DNA of 64,000 bases from an uncultured Spirochaetota bacterium. Lineage in GTDB: Bacteria; Spirochaetota; Brevinematia; Brevinematales; JAOACQ01. The position numbers and the translations under genes are program-made. This document shows, piece after piece, positions 60,758 to 64,000 of the stretch. Position 1 is the stretch's first letter. Every line of letters starts with the position of its first letter. The notes below the pieces were generated by a model. The model made no database searches. It was not told the origin of the DNA and saw nothing but the letters and a program-made list of their open reading frames with translations. The DNA lies in NCBI GenBank assembly GCA_963835575.1, contig CAWIGG010000002.1:256001-320000 (forward strand). The letters are read 5' to 3'.

Positions 60758-63700
60758 TTATTTATAATACTCAACGCCGGCGTCGAAGATGCGCTGGAAT
60801 TTATTCCCCGGGATATTGACCGCCACATGAAACCCGGTCCTTTCAGAATGGGCCATCTTGCCGAGCACACGCCCGTCCGGGCTTGTGATCCCTTCAATCG
60901 CGAAAATCGAGCCGTTCGGATTATACGGCATGTCAGGCGAGGGCTTACCATCATCGTCCACATACTGCGTCGCGATCCGGCCGTTCTTTTTCAGTCCTTC
61001 AAGAACTTCATCATTCGCAATAAAGCGTCCTTCTCCATGAGAAACCGGCAGGGTATGAATTTCCCCGATGATGGAATTATAAAACCAGGGCGAAAGGCGC
61101 GATACGACCTTCGTCCTTACCATTGTGGACATATGCCGGCCGATTGTGTTATAGGTAAGGGTCGGCGAGTTTTCATCGAGGTCACGGATTTCTCCATAGG
61201 GAACCAGGCCGAGCTTTATCAGCGCCTGAAAACCGTTGCAGATACCAAGCATCAGCCCGTCGCGGTTCTTCAGGAGTTCCATAACGGCGTCTTTGATCCG
61301 GCCGCTGCGGAACACATTGGCGATGAACTTGCCTGAGCCCTCCGGCTCGTCGCCCGCCGAAAAACCTCCCGGCAGCATAATGATCTGCGCTTTCTGTATT
61401 GCCTGCGCCATTTCCCTGATCGAGATTTCTATATCGGAAGGGTTTCTGTTCCTGAATATAAAGATATTAGTCTGCGCGCCGGCTTTCTCAAAAGCGCGGG
61501 CGGAATCGTACTCGCAGTTTGTGCCGGGAAAAACCGGGATCAGCACCAGAGGTTTTACAGCGGGCTTGGACCGTTTCAGACTGCCCGGCGTTTTAAAGGA
61601 ATAGTTCTCCAGGGCTTTTTTTGAATCCTCGGTTTTATGAGGAAATATTTCAGAAAAAGGTGCAAGCCATTCTTTGATGATGAGCGAAAGACTAAAAGCC
61701 GTATTTTCGATACGGATTTCCGGTTCGGGAATTGTGTTGCCGAGGAATTTATAATCCAGGCCTTTTAAATCCGCTTCGGAAGCGTTTCCCTTGAGCTCAA
61801 TGACAAAAGATCCGTAACCGGGGCCGAACAACATCTCTCTTTTGACCGGTGTTTTGAATTCAAAGCCGATCAGGTTGCCGAAACTCATTTTGCTGATTGC
61901 TTCGGCAATGCCGGAACCGCGGACCGTATGAATGGAAGAGATTTTTCCGGCCTTAATCAATTCAAAAAGCCCTGAGTAAAGCTTGTGAAAATATTCCCAA
62001 TCGGGAATAAAAGATCCATCTGTTTTTAATGGAAGAAAATAAACCGGACTGCCCGGCTTTTTGAATTCGGGTGTTATAATGAGAGAAACATCTGCGGGAG
62101 CTACCGCGAAACTGACAAGGGTCGGGGGCACATCCAGCGAATTAAATGAGCCGGACATGCTGTCCTTTCCGCCGATGGCCGGGATTCTCAGCTCCATCTG
62201 CGCCGTAAAGGCGCCGAGAAGGGCTGTAAAAGGCTTGCCCCATCTTTCCGGTATTTTATAGGGCTTTTCGAAATATTCCTGCATGGAGAGGCGGATATTC
62301 CTGTAATCAATACCGGCCGCGGCCGCTTTTGAAACCGAATCTATCACCGAGTAAATCGCGCCATGATAAGGGCTCCAGCGGGATATTTCCGGGTCAAAAC
62401 CCCAGCTCATCACGGTCCCTGTGGACGTTTCAAACCCCGGTACCGGGATTTTGGCCGCCATACTCTGGGCTGGCGTGAGTTGTGTTCTGCCTCCGAACGG
62501 CATTGTGACGCTTCCGGCGCCGATAGAGCCGTCAAAGCGCTCGACCAGGCCTTTCTGGGAGGCCGCGTTCGGCTGCGATAAATTAAATTTCCAGGCTTCA
62601 AGGATAGGTTTTTTCATTAATTCACTTTTGATATTGATAAAAGGAGAATGATGTTCAGTCGGCGAGAGCGTTTTGATATGAGTGTGTTTTTTAGCGCCGT
62701 TTGAATTCAGGAAATCGCGGTCGATATCCACTATTGTTTTTCCCCGCCAGTTCATTTTCACTCTTTTTTCGTCTGTGACTTCTGCTACAACTGTCGCTTC
62801 CAGGTTTTCTTCGGCCGCGGATTCTATAAAACTGGAGGCATCCAGGGCATCCAGAAGGACGGCCATTCTTTCCTGAGATTCCGATATGGCAAGCTCTGTC
62901 CCGTCCAGTCCGTCGTATTTTTTAGGTATCGCGTCCAGGTTTATAATAAGGCCGTCTGCCAGCTCTCCGATGGCGACAGAAACACCGCCGGCGCCGAAGT
63001 CATTGCATTTTTTTATCAGCCGGGCCGTGTCCGGGTCCCGGAAAAGGCGCTGGATTTTTCTTTCTTCGGGAGCGTTTCCTTTCTGAACTTCGGCGCCGGC
63101 CTTAGCGATTGATTCTTCCGTGTGACTTTTTGAAGAACCGGTCGCTCCGCCGCAGCCGTCGCGCCCTGTTCTGCCGCCGACAAGTATAACTTTATCTCCT
63201 TTTTCCGGATGAGAACGGCGGACATTTTGCCTGGGCGCGGCCCCGATGACGGCGCCGATTTCCATCCGCTTGGCGATATATCCTTCATCATAGATCTCTG
63301 CCACATGCCCGGTGGCCAGGCCGATCTGGTTGCCGTATGAGCTGTAGCCATGAGCCGCTTCTATCGTTATTTTCCTCTGGGGTAGCTTACCGGGGAGCGT
63401 ATCTTTCACCGGTTTTCTGGGATCGCCGCTTCCTGTGACACGCATGGCCTGATAGACATAAGAACGGCCTGACAGGGGATCTCTGATAGCCCCTCCGATG
63501 CAAGTCGCGGCGCCGCCGAACGGCTCTATTTCAGTCGGGTGATTGTGCGTCTCGTTCTTGAACATTACCAGCCATTCTTCTTTTTTCCCTTCAATATCGA
63601 CAGGAACAATAATACTGCAGGCATTGATCTCGTCAGATTCATCCAGATCGCCGAGATAACCCGCTGCCTTCAGTTTTTTCATGGCGATGGTAGCCATGTC

Positions 63701-64000
63701 CATCAGGCAAAGCGTGTTAGCGGTTTTATGTTTATAAACTGATTTTCTTGTTTCAAGATAATTTTCATAAGCATTTTCCAGAACGCTTTTATAAGGGCCG
63801 TCCTCAAATTGTACACTGCCGATCTCTGTCAGGAAAGTCGTGTGCCTGCAATGGTCCGACCAGTATGTGTCGATGATCCGGACTTCCGTCAGGGTAGGGT
63901 CGCGTTTTTCCTCATTTTTAAAATGGGATTGAAGAAAAAAAAGGTCTTCCATGTCCATGGCAAGTCCCAGGCTTGAACTTAATTCCTTCAGGCCGGCTTC
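60758..64000 (-). CDS. purL: Phosphoribosylformylglycinamidine synthase, fused PurL-PurQ type (5' end outside window)
   Basis: YWSDHCRH, ETHNHPTEIEPFGGAAT, DFGAGG, SESQERM, PGTNC, LGICNGFQ, HGEGR, M.HSER. Confidence 0.95.
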   Translation of the reverse strand, partial: EAGLKELSSSLGLAMDMEDLFFLQSHFKNEEKRDPTLTEVRIIDTYWSDHCRHTTFLTEIGSVQFEDGPYKSVLENAYENYLETRKSVYKHKTANTLCLMDMATIAMKKLKAAGYLGDLDESDEINACSIIVPVDIEGKKEEWLVMFKNETHNHPTEIEPFGGAATCIGGAIRDPLSGRSYVYQAMRVTGSGDPRKPVKDTLPGKLPQRKITIEAAHGYSSYGNQIGLATGHVAEIYDEGYIAKRMEIGAVIGAAPRQNVRRSHPEKGDKVILVGGRTGRDGCGGATGSSKSHTEESIAKAGAEVQKGNAPEERKIQRLFRDPDTARLIKKCNDFGAGGVSVAIGELADGLIINLDAIPKKYDGLDGTELAISESQERMAVLLDALDASSFIESAAEENLEATVVAEVTDEKRVKMNWRGKTIVDIDRDFLNSNGAKKHTHIKTLSPTEHHSPFINIKSELMKKPILEAWKFNLSQPNAASQKGLVERFDGSIGAGSVTMPFGGRTQLTPAQSMAAKIPVPGFETSTGTVMSWGFDPEISRWSPYHGAIYSVIDSVSKAAAAGIDYRNIRLSMQEYFEKPYKIPERWGKPFTALLGAFTAQMELRIPAIGGKDSMSGSFNSLDVPPTLVSFAVAPADVSLIITPEFKKPGSPVYFLPLKTDGSFIPDWEYFHKLYSGLFELIKAGKISSIHTVRGSGIAEAISKMSFGNLIGFEFKTPVKREMLFGPGYGSFVIELKGNASEADLKGLDYKFLGNTIPEPEIRIENTAFSLSLIIKEWLAPFSEIFPHKTEDSKKALENYSFKTPGSLKRSKPAVKPLVLIPVFPGTNCEYDSARAFEKAGAQTNIFIFRNRNPSDIEISIREMAQAIQKAQIIMLPGGFSAGDEPEGSGKFIANVFRSGRIKDAVMELLKNRDGLMLGICNGFQALIKLGLVPYGEIRDLDENSPTLTYNTIGRHMSTMVRTKVVSRLSPWFYNSIIGEIHTLPVSHGEGRFIANDEVLEGLKKNGRIATQYVDDDGKPSPDMPYNPNGSIFAIEGITSPDGRVLGKMAHSERTGFHVAVNIPGNKFQRIFDAGVEYYK

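Overview
Bacterial chromosomal segment, probably from a diderm, spirochaete-like cellulolytic organism (inferred from lipoprotein-anchored glycoside hydrolases, Lnt and beta-barrel OMPs; taxonomy not verified). The left ~30 kb is accessory-rich: S1/P1 nuclease, a RAYT-type HUH transposase plus RhuM, two GH9-CBM2 lipoprotein cellulases, a LamG/clan-A GH lipoprotein, GH13 plus MFS, two GH5 cellulases and a GGDEF protein. The right half is mostly housekeeping: trpF, gyrB/parE, rpmB, purA, hisZ, lnt, a GldAFG-like ABC module, pnp, rpsO, ribF, murJ, dapA, lysA, fapR-fabH and purL. Two signals stand out. (1) Two apparently identical 878-nt class IIC group II introns (8200-9077, 54671-55548) each follow an intrinsic terminator. 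The ribozyme looks intact but the RT ORF has an in-frame deletion of the polymerase core, suggesting a non-autonomous retroelement mobilised in trans. (2) Small palindromic intergenic elements of several families (9-bp-periodic inverted repeats, a ~25-bp CTTGTGGTGAGC-type module, CAGTTCCAAAA hairpins) are nested inside one another, with empty and filled sites both visible; they also bracket the RAYT-RhuM cassette. Also notable: a gene-conversion-like mosaic between the GH9 paralogues, a shared 23-bp-periodic triple repeat in their promoters, a candidate FapR operator, a candidate S15 leader and [S/T]N enrichment in exported proteins. I saw no CRISPR array, rRNA or tRNA. All comparisons were made by eye.
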